The notes: generated by a model from the letters alone, not told the origin. A stretch of 64,000 nt of DNA from Azolla caroliniana (GCA_043228905.1 JBHGNT010000001.1:35650001-35714000), one strand, 5' to 3'; shown: positions 1 to 14,649, numbered from the stretch's first letter. Translations and numbers: made by a program.

Positions 1-142
1 TTCTTCTATGCTATTCTTTTCTAATAAATGTTTCCTCACCTTTTGCTCTTCATTTTTTTCTTATTCTGGTTTTTCCTATCTTCTTTAATCCTATATTAGT
101 CAGTTCAAACTCTTCTGCTATGTATTTCTCCTCTCCAAACAG

Positions 143-3100
143 AAAAACTATTTGGAAGTATATCGCTTTGAATCATGGGGGAGCTCCACAATTCCAAACT
201 TTGAACTCGGGCAGCAGGTTTGTTGGACATCTCCCTAAATCAAATACTTGCGTACTGTTTTAGGATTTGCGTTGATTTCCATAAACTGGTAGTCTTGTGG
301 ACATCAAATTTGTTTGATTGTCTACAAATTTTATGTTAGGATATATGGGGTTGAGAAATCTGATGGAATGTACTCAAAATGAAGTGGTGGATTCAGTTAT
401 GATGTGTAAATATCGCTGTGGGTATATATATGGTGATAATGTATGGTCGTCTTTTCTGGGGACATACTAATTTACAATTTTGGAGACATAGTAAACATTG
501 TTATCTTTTAGGCTAGAATTGGCAGTAAGGAAGCAAAGTGCTCCATAATGTAGTTTATAAGATCTACAATTTTTACGATGGATTTTTTCCCTAATGAATT
601 GTGAAGTACTTCTACTTTCTTAGATGGCCTAAGAATGAGCAATTTTTTTCTTGATATTTCATTTTTCTTAGAAGACCCAATTATATGTCCAAAATTTTCA
701 AATATTTGAATTTTTTTTTACAAGACCCAATAATAAGTTCCAAAATTTCCTAATGTTAGATTTTTGTTACATGTATAACGAACTTAGCATAATTTCCCTG
801 TTTACAGTAGGCAATTCATACTCTGAGGACTGATGCACTGAATGTGATGCAGCACTAAAAATGAGCATGCATGTACTCTCGAGACAAAAGCCCTAAAGTC
901 CTCAGAAAAAGAAAGATATATTAACCTCTTTTTAAAGGCCAAAGCAACAGTTCTATAAGAGATTTGGAGCTCTGATAGGAAACAAAGCATGGTTGAAGGA
1001 AATACATTGATTTTCTATCAGACATTTAAAGTTGTTGAATTAGACTATTGTAAATGACGGTCATAAATCTGGTTCAAACCATGAGGAACTTCTCAAATGC
1101 TCATTGCAGCTATTTGTTTGACAGCAATGAGAATGTGCTGGCCCTTGGTTAATCTTTTGTGTGAGTAGCTAAATTTTATGTTTAGTTCATTATAGGATTA
1201 TAGTATCTCATGTGGTTCAACAGATCAGGAGATTAAAGCTTTTTTGCCTCTTAAATATTGACTAAAAATCTTTCCAACATAAGAACTTTAACACCAAGTT
1301 GCATTAATACAATTTAACAAGAATGGGAGAAAGATCTATTAAATGTTCCTAAAAGAAACTATTCCATAAAGTGTACAGTTTGACAGTAGACGCATGAGGT
1401 TTTTAAAGAGATAATTGAGTCGTGTGGATTCAATGGCTTGCATGCTGAAAATTTCTTCATTATTATCATTACTGACGTCTTTTCCAGTTTATTCCAACAA
1501 GGCTAACACTAGATATGGGGACAACATCACCGCCACCTCTTCTAAGTGAAGCAGACCTGATCAGTCTTATGGACCAGGTGATGCTTGGGTTTTTCTAGGA
1601 GATATTCTAGTCATCTATAGCCTACTGCAATCATGAAAGTTTAGTTGATTTTCGTTCTCCGTCTCTGTTTTTAATGATGAAATTTAGAATTATATATTCT
1701 TTTCTTGCGGCAGTCAGGCATTGGGACAGATGCAACAATGCATGATCACATTAAGAAGTTGTTGGATAGGTGTTACGTAGTCAAGGATGCAAACACACGT
1801 TTTAGTCCAACAAGGCTGGTAAAGGTTTCTTTCCTGGAATGATATAGAAATATTTATTGTTGGATACACTCTGCTTGCAGTGAGAGCATGCCATATTTTT
1901 GCTGATATAGTACTCATTATGAAATTAAAGATTACAACCTACCCAGTCATTTATCTCATCACAGTAGAGAAATCATCCCACACTGCCCATTTCTAAAAGT
2001 TCTATTTCATAGAAAGAATGAAATATTAATATCTCTAAAAGAACATGATGGCATATAGACTTGTCAAAGTTTGCAAATGTGAATCGTTTAATTTTACAGC
2101 ATGCAGTACCATCTGAATCAGCCTTTCTTTGCTCTTCTACTCTGAATTCTTTCAAATGTAATGATGAGTGGCCAACAATCAGGTTTGGTGTCTATTTCCT
2201 GGAACTGAAATTGCTGCTCCCTGAGCATACCTATCATGTGGTCATCCAATCTGGAGAGATCGGTTGGATGATGAGGCCAACTCCCGTCCAATGTGATGAT
2301 GGCTTTGATCTTGAAGATATGCACATTAGGGTCGAGGGTGATGTCTATGATGTCCATGACAAAGAGCAATGGCATTAGTTGTTGCCATTCCTTGGAACTT
2401 TGCCCACAATCTTTGATTAGACATCAGGAGTGTCCCTAACAATATATATATATATAGGTGAAATCTGTCAAGGTTCTCTACCTAAACAAAAATAAATGTA
2501 ACCACATACAAAGAATCTTGTTATCTATACAGATAAGGTTCTCTAGTTAGATACGTTGTACTTTCTGTCTTCAAAAGATCTCCAACGTGTGTTAATCGAG
2601 CATGGAGAATCTCTGACACGAGGGAAGCACCTGGGATGAGAAGGGTGGTGAGATAGTGGTTCACACTGCTTATGTTTATTTGCATGACAGGTTGCTATTG
2701 CCTGATCTATGATAACCCCTTTGAAGTGTCTTAGTTGGCATCCAACTTGTGTAGTCCTTGATTAACTGCAACATGAGGAATAATTCGGGAAAAAATAGTT
2801 GTGAGTATTCTTTGTTGATGAGCTTGTATGGTTGTTTTATTTTCCGTCAACAACTTTCTTGTGTCTCTTGAGTTTTTCCAGAAACACTCACAAGCCCTGT
2901 TGTTCCTAATGTTCTGCTATCTTGTGCGTTTGGCCAAACTCTTGGTTAAAGAAGCAATGATATCTCCCTCTTATTTCACTCAAAACAGTACAACGGCAAA
3001 CAGTGTTCTTCTGCTTCCACCCCCTGATGGCGTGTATACTTTGCCATATGACTAGAACTATTCTTGCATATCTATTTGGATATCCCCCCTATGTATATCA

Positions 3101-6100
3101 GAAACCTACCTGTCCTGATGAACAATAGGGATCTTTCTCTGCCCACACACTCAATTCTGACTCCTTGACCATATAGTTTAGCTAAATTAAGGCCAATCAT
3201 GATAGTCGTATACTTGCTAGGTATGTAGGCCAAACTTTTATTTTCACCGTTCTACTTATTTTATATTTTAGTTTTACATCTTTGTTCTAGTGTTTTTTCT
3301 CATGTTTTGTGGGTCTCCTCGTTGTTACCCATGGCCAATGTTTGTATCTCTGGGTAAAGTTCTCAACATCAAGTTACATAATTAATCATTCGAGTGCTTC
3401 CAAATTTCTTATACTCTATAATATATAAGGTTATGCCTTTTGCATACATGTATCCTTATAGTTTTGAATTTGATTATATGCAGGGTGAAGCTCTAGTGAT
3501 GGGATATGATATAATGGGGTATACATTTCTGACTACTAGTTAAGTTTTGTATTCTGTTTTCCTGGAAAGCAGCTTGGGTAGTCCTCGAGTACCATTTTTA
3601 CAATGCCTATATTTATTCTGGTTTATTGTGACGACCATTTTAATATGTGATCTCTCATTTGGTCTCATTTCCCATTTCACCTCTTTCTAGCTGATGGAAA
3701 AATGTCTTAATTTATCCTACTACACTGATTTGTGTGTCCTAGTTGATTATATCATTTTTTTAAATACTGTATTTCTCTTTGCTTGGGTAACATCTAGACA
3801 GGGACATTCCCAGATATATTGAAAAGGAGGAAGTGCATGTAGATTGATGAGGCATGCCTTGTGATTGAAATCATTCTTTGAGTTGAGGATACCAACATTA
3901 GGTGTTACCTTGCTGTGATAATTTCCTTGATGACAAAAAACGTTCAATCTATTCTGTGGAATTTTTGAGAGTTGCTTAAAGAACTCTATTAAGACTTTGA
4001 GAACTTCTGGTTACATCCGTCATTTATTTAGCTGTTTTAAGTTTTAGGTAGTTAACAAATATATTGTGTATATTGTTGTCAGATATGAACTTTGGAAGCC
4101 TTATCTTCGTGCCATGATGGAAAGGGATATGAAAGCTGTGAGTGATGGAACCAAAACAAAATTGGAAGTATTAGAGACATCCTTACGTCAAATGAGGGAG
4201 TGCTTTCTTGATGTAAGTAAAATTTTTGAACACTCTTTGAAAGAAGGAAATCATTTGAAATTAAGATATCTAAATTTGCGAGATTTTGTAGTAGGTCTAA
4301 ATCACTTGTCTCTAAGCCCATATCACTTGCTTTATTAACATTCTTGCTTTTGTATATGTGCGTTTTATGCTAAAACATCTTCCCAAGAGTTTGTGATATA
4401 ACCACAGTTTTTCTGGACTAAAATTTGCATATTTTACGTTGTTGCATCTTTAAAATGTGCTCCAGGATGTTGCCAAAGGAGGTAGAATTTTCTTTCTGGT
4501 CCAACTCAAGGAAAGAATTTGGGCAATTAGGATAGCCTCTGGTTCCTTTTTATTCTTCTTTATTGCAATGATCTCCAGTTTTAAGTGCTCATAACAAAGA
4601 CCTTTTTCTTACTTTCATAGAATGCTAACTAGCTACCTAATAATTAAGCTCTGTGCTAAAACCAATCTAATTTGGATACAGATTGAATATACTTGCTTAT
4701 TCTAGATCCTAGTTGCGGTGTATAGCAAGATGTCCTATTATTTATTCTATCACCGATATTTCTGAAACTTGAAACTATATATTTGCAGCTCAAACGATAT
4801 TTGTTGGCATTAGCCATTCATTGAGTGCTATGAAGTAAATTAGTGGCATCCTCAGAAGTATATGGGACAGCATTCCCAAACATAGGCATAAAACAAGTAC
4901 TTACGTTTTCATTCATGGTTTGTTTCTTTACAAACATTTGTGTTGCAAAAATTCTTCAAGATACCGCAGATTTGTAGTTATGATCATATTCTGGTTCTAA
5001 TATAGCTGATGGAACTTCTTATATGTCTGTCTATTTATATTTTAAAGGAATATTAGCGTGTTTTAAGAGGCTAAAATGGCTTATCAGACCAAACAAGAGC
5101 TTACATCTTAATATGTAACTCTATAATTTGACACTGACATTATAACGTCTGGTTCAAAGTGATGTTTTTTGGATGCAGGCAAAGATGCATAAAGAGAAAC
5201 TTTTGGAAGCAATGGGACTTTTCTTTGAAAGGCAAGCGTAATTCCTTTTTTCTGTTATATTCTGGTTTTGAAAACATTTCTGCTATTTTATCTTCATTTT
5301 TGTTTTATCTGGTTATTTTATCTGAGATGTGTTGAGCAGAGTAACATAATAAAATCTGAAAAACAACCAGAAAGTATTCATAATATCGGCATGAGTAGGA
5401 AGGTGTTTTTGGGAAGTCAATGTGAGAGTAATTGTCTCTGTTGATTTAGATCTCTTGCTCTGAAGGTTACCACCTGAAGACTAAGATGTAGAAATAGATT
5501 TCACTGAAACTATTGCCAATTATTGATATATAGAATGTGAACAATAGTTAGGACGTTGTATAGGATGATCCTTAGCTACATCCATATTTAGTTCGTGGAT
5601 GTACTCCATGGCTAGAGTCTTTGATCTTTCTACTTCTATTCATGTACATGGTCTAAAAAGTACTTGCAAGTCCTGGTTTTGATTTAGAAGAGTGTATTAT
5701 TTAAAAGAATAATCGTTGCTGTATTAAACAACCATTGAAAGCAAATCAGATTACAAATCTGAGCTGAAAAATGTTACAACTTCCTCTTAGTATGTTTTCC
5801 ACGCAGAACTGTGCCAAGATGGTTTGTTCACAACTAACTGTTATTCTTTTATGCAAATACAAAACTTCTTTATGGTGGTTGCAGGACTAATAGACCAAGA
5901 GATGAAAGGAATTTTGGTGGAATGGTTCGTAGCTGCCCTTCTTGTCAAGAAGGAAATATGATATTGAGAAGGAATCCGGTAAGATCATATTTCTATCTGT
6001 TTTATGTGAGAATGAAAATCCATATTAATGAAATTGCAAGCTTGAAGTCAAACCTTAAAGCAATGACCAGTGTGATTTTGAAGCTCTTTCAAACATCAAT

Positions 6101-8849
6101 TTCAACAAACTCTTACAATAATTATTACCATTGTGGTATTTGAAGTATTTTGGAATTTTTAACCACTGGACGTTCTCGTTTGTACTGAAATCAGTAAGTT
6201 CTGTGTCCCAGTCTAACCTGTTCAGAGGTTTCTGTAATGATTGATACGTTGATTAGTGGTGCAAGACGAGAGTGTTGTTACAGTGAGAGTTTGCTCTCTT
6301 TTCATGTCTTTCGAGGATGTAGTAACCACTACACCCTTCTCTGCTTCGCCCTGTTAGAGCACCCAACTCTTACAGGTCTTTGTGCACCTGTCCAGCAACC
6401 TTGACCACTTCCTGTGGAAGTCAAGGCTTTCATCCAGAAAAATATATGTGATTCTAAGTCTAACTTGTGAGAGATCTAGTAGATGTTCTTGAACCTGGAT
6501 TTGTGAGAGTCATTAAAACTTTTTGTATACCATTCCCTGTCCTAAACGAGCTCCCTTGGGTATTCCAGTTATTGCTTTAAATGATGAACTATTGATATAT
6601 TACGAAGAGGGAAGGCACAATACCGTTGCAAGTACTGAACAAGTTAATCAAACCATGTCTGAGGGTTTTCCTTTAGACATAGAGTAACAGCACTATTGTA
6701 CCTTACCTCTGGAGAACCACTCTATTTGATGAAGAGCTGTAAGGAATATTGTGCCTAACTAAAGCAAAGTTTTTCTGTGTTCCAAACAATATTCAAATGT
6801 TGTCAATCCAGTGCTCAGGTTGTATCGCTACATAAACTTTTGCTCTCCATGAGGAAGTCCATTTTAAGTCATTTAGAGCCCCATATTTTTTGAATGATAA
6901 TAGAAATAACATTGAATATACTTGTAAAGTAGTTGTTACCTATTGATCTTCTGATTGCCTGTAATGTTTCAGGGTGGAAAGTGGATGGTTGGATGTATGA
7001 AATTTCCTCATGTATGTATTGTTCTGCCTACGAAACCAATTATATGACATTGTTGAATCAGCATACTGCTATGTGAATACCTGATCAAAAAATTTTAACT
7101 ATTGATATCATTGCTATTATGTTGTTATAAAGAGATTTCAAACATATATATATATATATGTGGGATTATCTGACAATTTTACATAATAATCAGAAAAAAA
7201 ATTGAATTGCATGATCAATTTCATATACCTCTAGATAACTTGATATGTTCAAATGTATCTAGAAAAACATCCTATTCCTGTAGGAAGATCTAATGCTATT
7301 ATTTTTTAGAATAGTGCAGGAATGCTATATGGCTGCCGAATGCTCTTGTAGAAGCATCAGTTTTGGATGAGGCTTGCTCTACTTGTGGACCAGGTTTAAA
7401 AAACTCACCTAAAACTAAATTGAACTGGTCTCAAAATGGAGATATTCATTATAAATGAGCTGCGTCCATTTTTTGCTCGAATGAGTTTATCTGCCTTGAT
7501 GTAGAATTGATGTGCAATCCATGATGAATGAGTGGCAAGGTGGTAATATGTTTGATTTCATTAATGAAGAGTCTACCGTTTTCTTACCTTTGTCTTTATT
7601 CATCATATTATAAACAGGAGCTGTTCATCTCATACACTTCAAGTTCAGACAGGGAGAAATACCTCCTCAATATGGCACAGAATATACAGGTTTCAAGGAG
7701 TGATTTGTTTAACATTTTGCTATTCTGTATATTTAAGTGATGATATGACATTGTTCAAATCATCAATGCCAGCACTTTTAATACAAATATTTTTAGAACA
7801 CTATCGATACACCCAAACTGTTATTAAGCTTGGGTGGTGGATGGTGGTGAATCGGTGATAACTTAGTATCTGGTTTGGTAATTTTGACCTTATATGATAC
7901 AATCTTTTAATGGCATGCAGGTTGTGTTGGAGGTTGTGATGCCATCCTCAGGGAATTGATTGAAATTTGTGGGACTGGTATATGGCATGTGAATTGATCA
8001 CATTTGATTCTTTCTGCTCAAGTTGTTTGAAAAGATATGGTCACATTATTGACGCATCTGAATTTTAATTTGTAACACTTATTAACTTAGGCGGAGGTGG
8101 GCAACCTTCAAACAGCAGAGGATTGAATAATGCCAGGCAAGGGGACAATCCCAACTCTACACAAGATCGAAGGTCAAACTTACCAACACAAACAGGTGTG
8201 GCAAACAGGGTGTTGAACACTGGTTTGCAAAATAATGTAAGGCAAGGTGAAAGACGTGTTGAAAGACGTGCTGCACAAGATAGAAGGCCAAATTTACACA
8301 CGCAACCAGGTGTAATTTTATATGTACATGCTGAATAAGTCAATTACATAGAAGATTCTTCTAATCCTGTGTTTAAATGGCAATTTGTGTAGATTTGGTG
8401 ATGTGCCATTGTAAAGAAATATGCTCTTTGCTTACATCTCAAACAGAGAGTAATCGTGGAAAACGCTTCTACCGATGTGCAAACAACAATTGCAATTTCT
8501 TCTTGTCAGTACATGTAGATTATTGATGGATTCATGTCATCTTACACTTTAATAGATCACGGTTAAGATTCTTCATATTTTATGTAGATGGGAATTGCAA
8601 TCAGAAACCACTGAAAATGCTGACAGAGCGAATGGAAATGCAAACACTATGACTAGGACAACCACGCTAAATAGAGTTACTGGCAACAGTCGTGGAGGAA
8701 GAGCAAATAAAAGGGGAAGAGGGAGACAAAACACAGTGGGAAGAGGAGCATTTGTGAGGGCCACAGGTGAAACTTCAATCAACGGTAGTTGTTTTGTATG
8801 TGGAGAAACATCTCACTGGGCAAATAACTGTCCCAACCGTAATTCATAA
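143..8849 (+). CDS. TOP3A: DNA topoisomerase III alpha, 3' part (5' end lies upstream of the window)
   Basis: Manually spliced exons: 143-217, 1488-1577, 1714-1818, 3484-3518, 4083-4212, 5179-5231 (or 5237), 5885-5978, 6973-7011, 7315-7393, 7618-7689, 7921-7977, 8091-8309, 8393-8504, 8588-8849. All phases are compatible. They encode type IA topo motifs ([32 protein letters not shown]; [17 protein letters not shown]), a C4 zinc ribbon (CPSC...[14 protein letters not shown]), a GRF finger (CHC...NRGKRFYRC...CNFFLW) and a terminal CCHC knuckle ([14 protein letters not shown]). Confidence 0.95.
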
Positions 8850-10971
8850 CAAAAATATGGATTTTGCTATTATTTTTGCCCCACTAAGAAGCTTGTGCTA
8901 AGCTTTTGTAATGTCTTAGCATGCCTCCTTGCTAAGGTCAGTCTATTGTTTTGATAAGCTATTTGTGAAGCCTTTATTTTAGGATTGACAAGATTACGAT
9001 AAAAATTGCTAAATCTTTTCAATCACAAGACATTTCTTGGGTATGGTTTGTTCATGACAAACTCCTTGCATCTACTTCTGTGGATTTGAAAAGCACTAGT
9101 TTCATGATGCAAAAAGTGCCTAGTTTCATAAGAGCGGGTTGTGACCTTGCAACGCTCAATCCAAACCTTATTTCTAACATTAATCTCTGGGATGTGATTT
9201 CTTGGTGTTTGACTTGATCCTTGGGCTATTGACTATGGGCTTAGTTCAAGTACAGAGTCTAGATGAACTTCCCTAAGTGTTCACACTTATTTTTTTGCTA
9301 AAGAATTTACCTTCATTGAAATACATATTGCATCAAAATTAAATCTTGAAGAATACAACATAATATTGTACATAATACATAAATCTTAAACTGGTACACA
9401 ATATTGTCATTGGCAAATACAACATGATGTGATGAATCCACCTCTATTTATCTAATACACCTCTAAATTTGAGGTTGATTGGTGCTAAATGTGCTTGCTT
9501 CATAAGTTGATCTTAATTTTGCTATTTGTATACATCATTTGATGTTGACACCTGTTGGACCTTCGGAAATTTATCAATTGGTTTGGCCGGTTCGAAGCTT
9601 GGAGTACGATTTCCACTTCCCCGACTGAAACCACCCACGTTAGGATTATTAGTCAATGGCTGATCGACCTTGATGAATTCACCTTTTTAAGCTTTGCCAA
9701 ATTTTATTCACAACCTAGAATATTTGGCAAAGCTTACAAAATGATGCATCTAAGTTTTTTCATTTGTAAGTTCAAAATTTTTAGGGGTATGTCTAAAGAA
9801 GTATGGGAATTTTTGTCAACTGCCAATGTAGTCACTTCAATTACAAAATGTCTATTTTTTGGTTGTGATATTGTAGTAACAAAAATTGTTTCATTCCTTG
9901 AGAAGCTTTTCACAGATCAATTCAACCAAAGAATTCACCTAAAGATATAGAAAACATGCTTGCTAGGAATGAAAAAACTGAAAATAATATCTACTCTGTA
10001 GTTATAGTTTCTATCAACTTATTTATATTCCATCCATCTTGTTGGAGTGTAGATTTTGTCACAGGGAATAAGGGATCAAAAATAGAAAAAGGAATTATCT
10101 GTGTATTTTTAGAAATGATGAAGGATTCCTAAAGAAGTTAAAGGGCAAGCTACTTATCTAACCAAATCGCATCCCTCTATGATAAATCATTGTCTCAATG
10201 TGACACATGTTCTATAATTGTACAACATTTTCTATTAGAATTATCATGTATATGGTGATAGCAAAACAGAATATCCATCATTTTCATAATTATATATTAT
10301 TGATATTAAAATGATCGTCTTCAACAATCATTGGAGAAAGATATGATAATCTTATTGATTTATTAGTAATTGTTTATTTATATGACAACATGTGTCATTA
10401 GAGTAAATTCACATAGAAATGGTTGTCAAGAGTATTGAATTCATTTGAAGAATAAGTAGAACATCATATTTGATGATGCATTAACAATCAACAAAGCAAA
10501 ATTTTCAATGTAGCAATCACATTGAGTATATTGCAATTCATACATACATAGTGCCAATTCATAATCAACAATAAATCCCATGTAATGGAAGTGAAACTCT
10601 TGAAATGTAGCGAATATATCAAACAATGAAAGGGAATCAATTCAACATTTGATACAATGGTAATGAGGCATCAAGAGCTAATCATTGCCACAATAACACT
10701 TACTCATCAATAACGTTGAATCATCATGCATCAGAAGTTCAGTTCATCGTCAACAACATATCAACAACCCTTGTCGGAGGGATGTCATAGCGGGCGATAA
10801 AAAATATGTACTTGATCCATATTTTAAAATGGTGGGAAATTGCATACCATCAGCCCATATAGCTAGGGGCACATAGGGTCAGCTTGAGCTGCAGGGGTCA
10901 AGGCTAAAACAATTGGGCGGGGCTACCCTTCCACCACGAAGCTGTAGTTTTTTTACTCATAGATCGGTAAA

Positions 10972-11004
<33 letters not shown>

Positions 11005-11154
11005 CCAAATGTGAATACAACGCCTAAAGCAGACCTGTACGAGAAAGGACCCAGCGCTAACGCCATCGCCATCGCCATCGCAGCCGCGATTACATAGGCG
11101 GAAGTGAGCGGAGCTCCAAAAGCCCCTCCTTCTCCTTCTCCCTGTCTAGGATCA

Positions 11155-14123
11155 ATGGCGACCTTCGACATGAATGATCGCAAAAGTAAGTTTACTCTCC
11201 AGAAAACAAAACGACTGTTTGACTTCTCTCTTTTCTCTTCCAAACCATTGGTGAGTGTTTTACTTTGGGTGTGCTGCAGAGATCGGAATAGGTCTCACTG
11301 GATTCGGAGTTCTGTTTACCCTTTTGGGTGTCATCTTCTTCTTTGACAAAGGCCTCCTGGCGATGGGAAATGTAAGCGCATTTTTTTCTTTTATTATCAG
11401 TATGTGTATCTTCATGTATTTAAATCTCGTTGTGAAAATAGTTCTAACCTAACAAACCAGCCATCAGATATTATTCCTATCAGGGCTCAGCCTCACAATT
11501 GGACTCAAGTCCACCACATCGTTCTTTCTAAAGCGCAGTAATTATAAGGTATAACTATCTTTCCTTGAATTCTCCTCCCTTTTTGCATGTATTTCTTCAG
11601 GTATAATTGTCTAAAACACTATGATGTTGTCATGGAAGGGTTCAATTTCATTCGTGGTTGGATTTCTTCTTGTCATTATTGGATGGGCCTTCTTAGGCAT
11701 GATTCTTGAAGCCTATGGGTTTGTTGTCTTATTCAGGTAAGCCTACTGTTTTTTCTGGCATATGCTTGTGTTGCGAGGTAAATGGTTCTGTCTGGTCAAT
11801 GTGTGAAAAAGATATATTAACATCTCTCAAGAGGTCAAAATGGCCTCTTGAGGTATATTGTGTTTGAAAATGTTTTCCTATCTTGGAAAACAACAAACCA
11901 AAATAAATATATGTAGACTACTAAAACTACATCAGATGGACTGAAACTTCTGCCTTCAAAAGATTGCCAACCTAAGATTGACGGGACTATGAAGCAAGGA
12001 AAGCACCTTTAGTCTTGGGTGATAATGTCTTCATTTGTCCATGACAAGGATGATGAGGCCTTAGTCCACAGATATAGAGAATTGGAGTGGAATTTCGTAT
12101 TAATTTTTTCAAAAGGCCAAAGTGACCTATGAGACAGATAGGTATACCAGGTAATTCTTACAGGATACCTGGTAAAATAAAGCAACAGCTTCTATGTGAT
12201 AATATGTGTATTCTCAGGCATCCACAATGATTAAATAAACTGCACAGTTAAGCAATAATCCTCTAGGATGTGTTGGCTGTGCTTGCTCCAAAGTCTCCTG
12301 GATCAGCCTTTTGAAATTTTCTGGCATATGCATTTGTACAAGTCCTGCTGATTATTTACTCTTCAGAGCTTGTATTTGGTCTCGTTCAATGATGATACTC
12401 CATATCCACCAAGGCATGCAACATTTTCTATGTGATGATTTGTGCATCCTCAGGCATCTTCAATGAACAAAGTAACTGCATGGTCAAGCAGTAATCCATG
12501 AGATGTTGTCTGTGCTTGCTCGGAGGCCTCCTGGCTCAGCTTTTTGAAGATGTCTGACATATGCTTTTGGACAAGCCCTGCCGATCATTTACTCCTGAGG
12601 GGAGACTCTCTAAATATGTGTATCTCTAGTAAAAGCAGCCCTAGACATCTCTGATCATAGAAATCGATGATCTGAAGAAGTGTCCCCGTATTTCCAAATG
12701 CTTTTCTTTGATAGGTCTCCATGCCCCATATGACTCCTTTTGAAGATGTAATATATCTTTTATATATTTGTGATGGTCATATGATCTCTGTTTCTTCCTT
12801 TTGAGTGTATTGTGTTCCCTTGCTACAAGCTCCACGTATCCCTTGATTCCTGAGTGGCCTTTTTCTGCCTTACGTTCACTATCGAATCATACATTATGAG
12901 CATTGTGGTGGTCTTCCTGCATGCCTTCTTTTTATGTTTTGCAAATGCGTTTTAGAAAAAGACCATGTTTTCTCAATGTCATATGGAATATGGTGATGCA
13001 TAAGAAATTCTCTAATGTATTCAAAGCCAAAGCAGTATCTGTGCCTTTTTGCAGTATTCCATGTATCATGAGGTTTCTGGATCTTTTTAGCTCTTTTGTT
13101 GCTCACTATCCAAGTTTCTATCTTGAGAACTTGCATCTAGAACATACATGTGCTATTGTTGATTTCTTTGTGTTGTGACTTATCCATTGTAAATGTGTCA
13201 TATGGGGTAAAATATGTCTGTAAGCATCTGATTGTCATCACTGTAAACAATGCTGGGCTTTTGCTATTTCAGATCTTTGATTTCTTGACTTTTTGAAGCC
13301 ATCTTTCTTCATTGGAAGTTTTGAGCTTCAGATGGTCATCTCCAGATCTGCAAGTTTGCCTCAGTGCATTGGGATAGGAGTTATTGTTTCCTGTTTTTCC
13401 TCTGATAAGCATGTGCCATCTCAATTTGAGCATATTTCAAATCTTGAAGATCAACCTTGTGTTTGAGCACTTGATTCTTGAGGGTAAGTTTTTTTTCTCC
13501 TCGCAACACATCAGCTCTTGGAGTGCAAGGATGTTCACCTTGGGTGGAATGAATGAGGTTTCTTGGCCACTCTTTTTATTTCTAACTTTGAGGTTCTCTG
13601 GATTCAATATAGGTCTTCAATTTTGGGTAGTTGATGTCCTGTTTGTTGAACCAATCTCTGAGAACATGTGCCCTAGTCAATACCGAGAACTTACTTTTTA
13701 ATAGTTTTTGGTCACTCAAAGCTTAGATGAATAGAAAGCTTGGTTCACATGTTTTCTTTCAGTGACACTTCCTTCATAAGATAGACAGGGTTTATTTTAC
13801 CTTATGAAGAGGATTTTTCAGACCCCGTGACCATGGAGAGAGAGGATGTTTAACAAATGATCATTATTTTCTTTTGCAGTGGTTTTCTGCCAACGGTGAT
13901 GGTCTTTTTATCCAGAATACCGTTTATTGGCTGGTTTTTCCAACAACCCTTCTTTTTATCTGTAAGTCACTCTGTTATCTATTTTATTAGTGTGAAAATC
14001 CTGAGTGTCATAGAATATAAAGTGGAACTATGTACTGCTCTGCTAGAACTTAAGATGCTGAACATGCATTTTGTTTATTTGCAGTTCTTTGATCGTTTTC
14101 GTCAGCGAAGGGTGCCGGTTTGA
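11155..14123 (+). CDS. GOT1: Vesicle transport protein GOT1 (Got1/Sft2 family)
   Basis: Exons 11155-11185, 11280-11371, 11468-11548, 11639-11736, 13880-13961, 14085-14123. They give MATFDMNDRKKIGIGLTGFGVLFTLLGVIFFFDKGLLAMGNILFLSGLSLTIGLKST...ILEAYGFVVLFSGFLPTV...FDRFRQRRVPV*, the typical plant GOT1 sequence. Confidence 0.95.
12190..12595. repeat. Diverged direct repeat, 2 x ~170 bp, in GOT1 intron 4
   Basis: TTCTATGTGAT...CTCAGGCATC...CTGTGCTTGCTC...CTCCTGG...CATATGC...TTTACTC at about 12190-12361 and 12426-12595. Confidence 0.8.
12600..13700 (-). mobile_element. Possible LINE ORF2 linker remnant in GOT1 intron 4
   Basis: Basic, Lys/Arg-rich broken ORFs (ELVAREHNTLKRKKQRSY...WRPIKEK) resembling the EN-RT linker. 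They sit upstream, on the minus strand, of copies of the putative LINE 3' motif at 11805 and 12097. Confidence 0.3.
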
Positions 14124-14649
14124 TGTTGGACAGAGTTGCGCAAAGGCTTCGAGAATCGTAAAACTTATTTGTCAACTTTAGAATTACGTAGCCTTTATGC
14201 TCTGGATACATTCCAATGAACTCAAAATTGTTCAGTAATGCATGACCCAACAGCAGGAAATATGTTGAATGTGCATTGGTAGCAGTCTCTGCTTCTTTCT
14301 ATATCCTTGTATTGCATAATGTTGCCAACTAACATACAGGCTTTCTGCCTAACTTTCAATATATTTGCACGCAGAATTCTCTGTATATAGTGCATGTTTC
14401 TATGTGTACTAATGTATCTTTCTGTGCTTGAGAAGTCCGATGGAATATAAATCTTAATGATCTTGTAGCTTTAACAGATGTAAGTTGATGGGTATATATA
14501 TGTGTGCATGCACATCTGGGACATTATCTAATCCTTTGACCATGTTAAAGAGTTACCAGCCAAGATTATTAGCCTATACTTTGCATGTTGATACTCATGA
14601 TATATAAGTTTATCATGAATTATAGATTCATGTTCCTGAATTATGACAT

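Noticed and set aside
2159-2225. Box C-like ATGATGA with downstream CTGA in a TOP3A intron (possible snoRNA)
   Set aside because: No terminal stem or recognisable rRNA guide. Such motifs are common by chance.
10780-10955. GC-rich segment resembling DNA-transposon subterminal sequence just upstream of GOT1
   Set aside because: No TIR pair or TSD could be found.
11595-11606. TTCAG|GTATAA inside GOT1 intron 3, resembling a recursive splice site
   Set aside because: It would split a 90-nt intron into 52- and 38-nt pieces, too short for normal plant splicing. Use as an acceptor gives an immediate stop.
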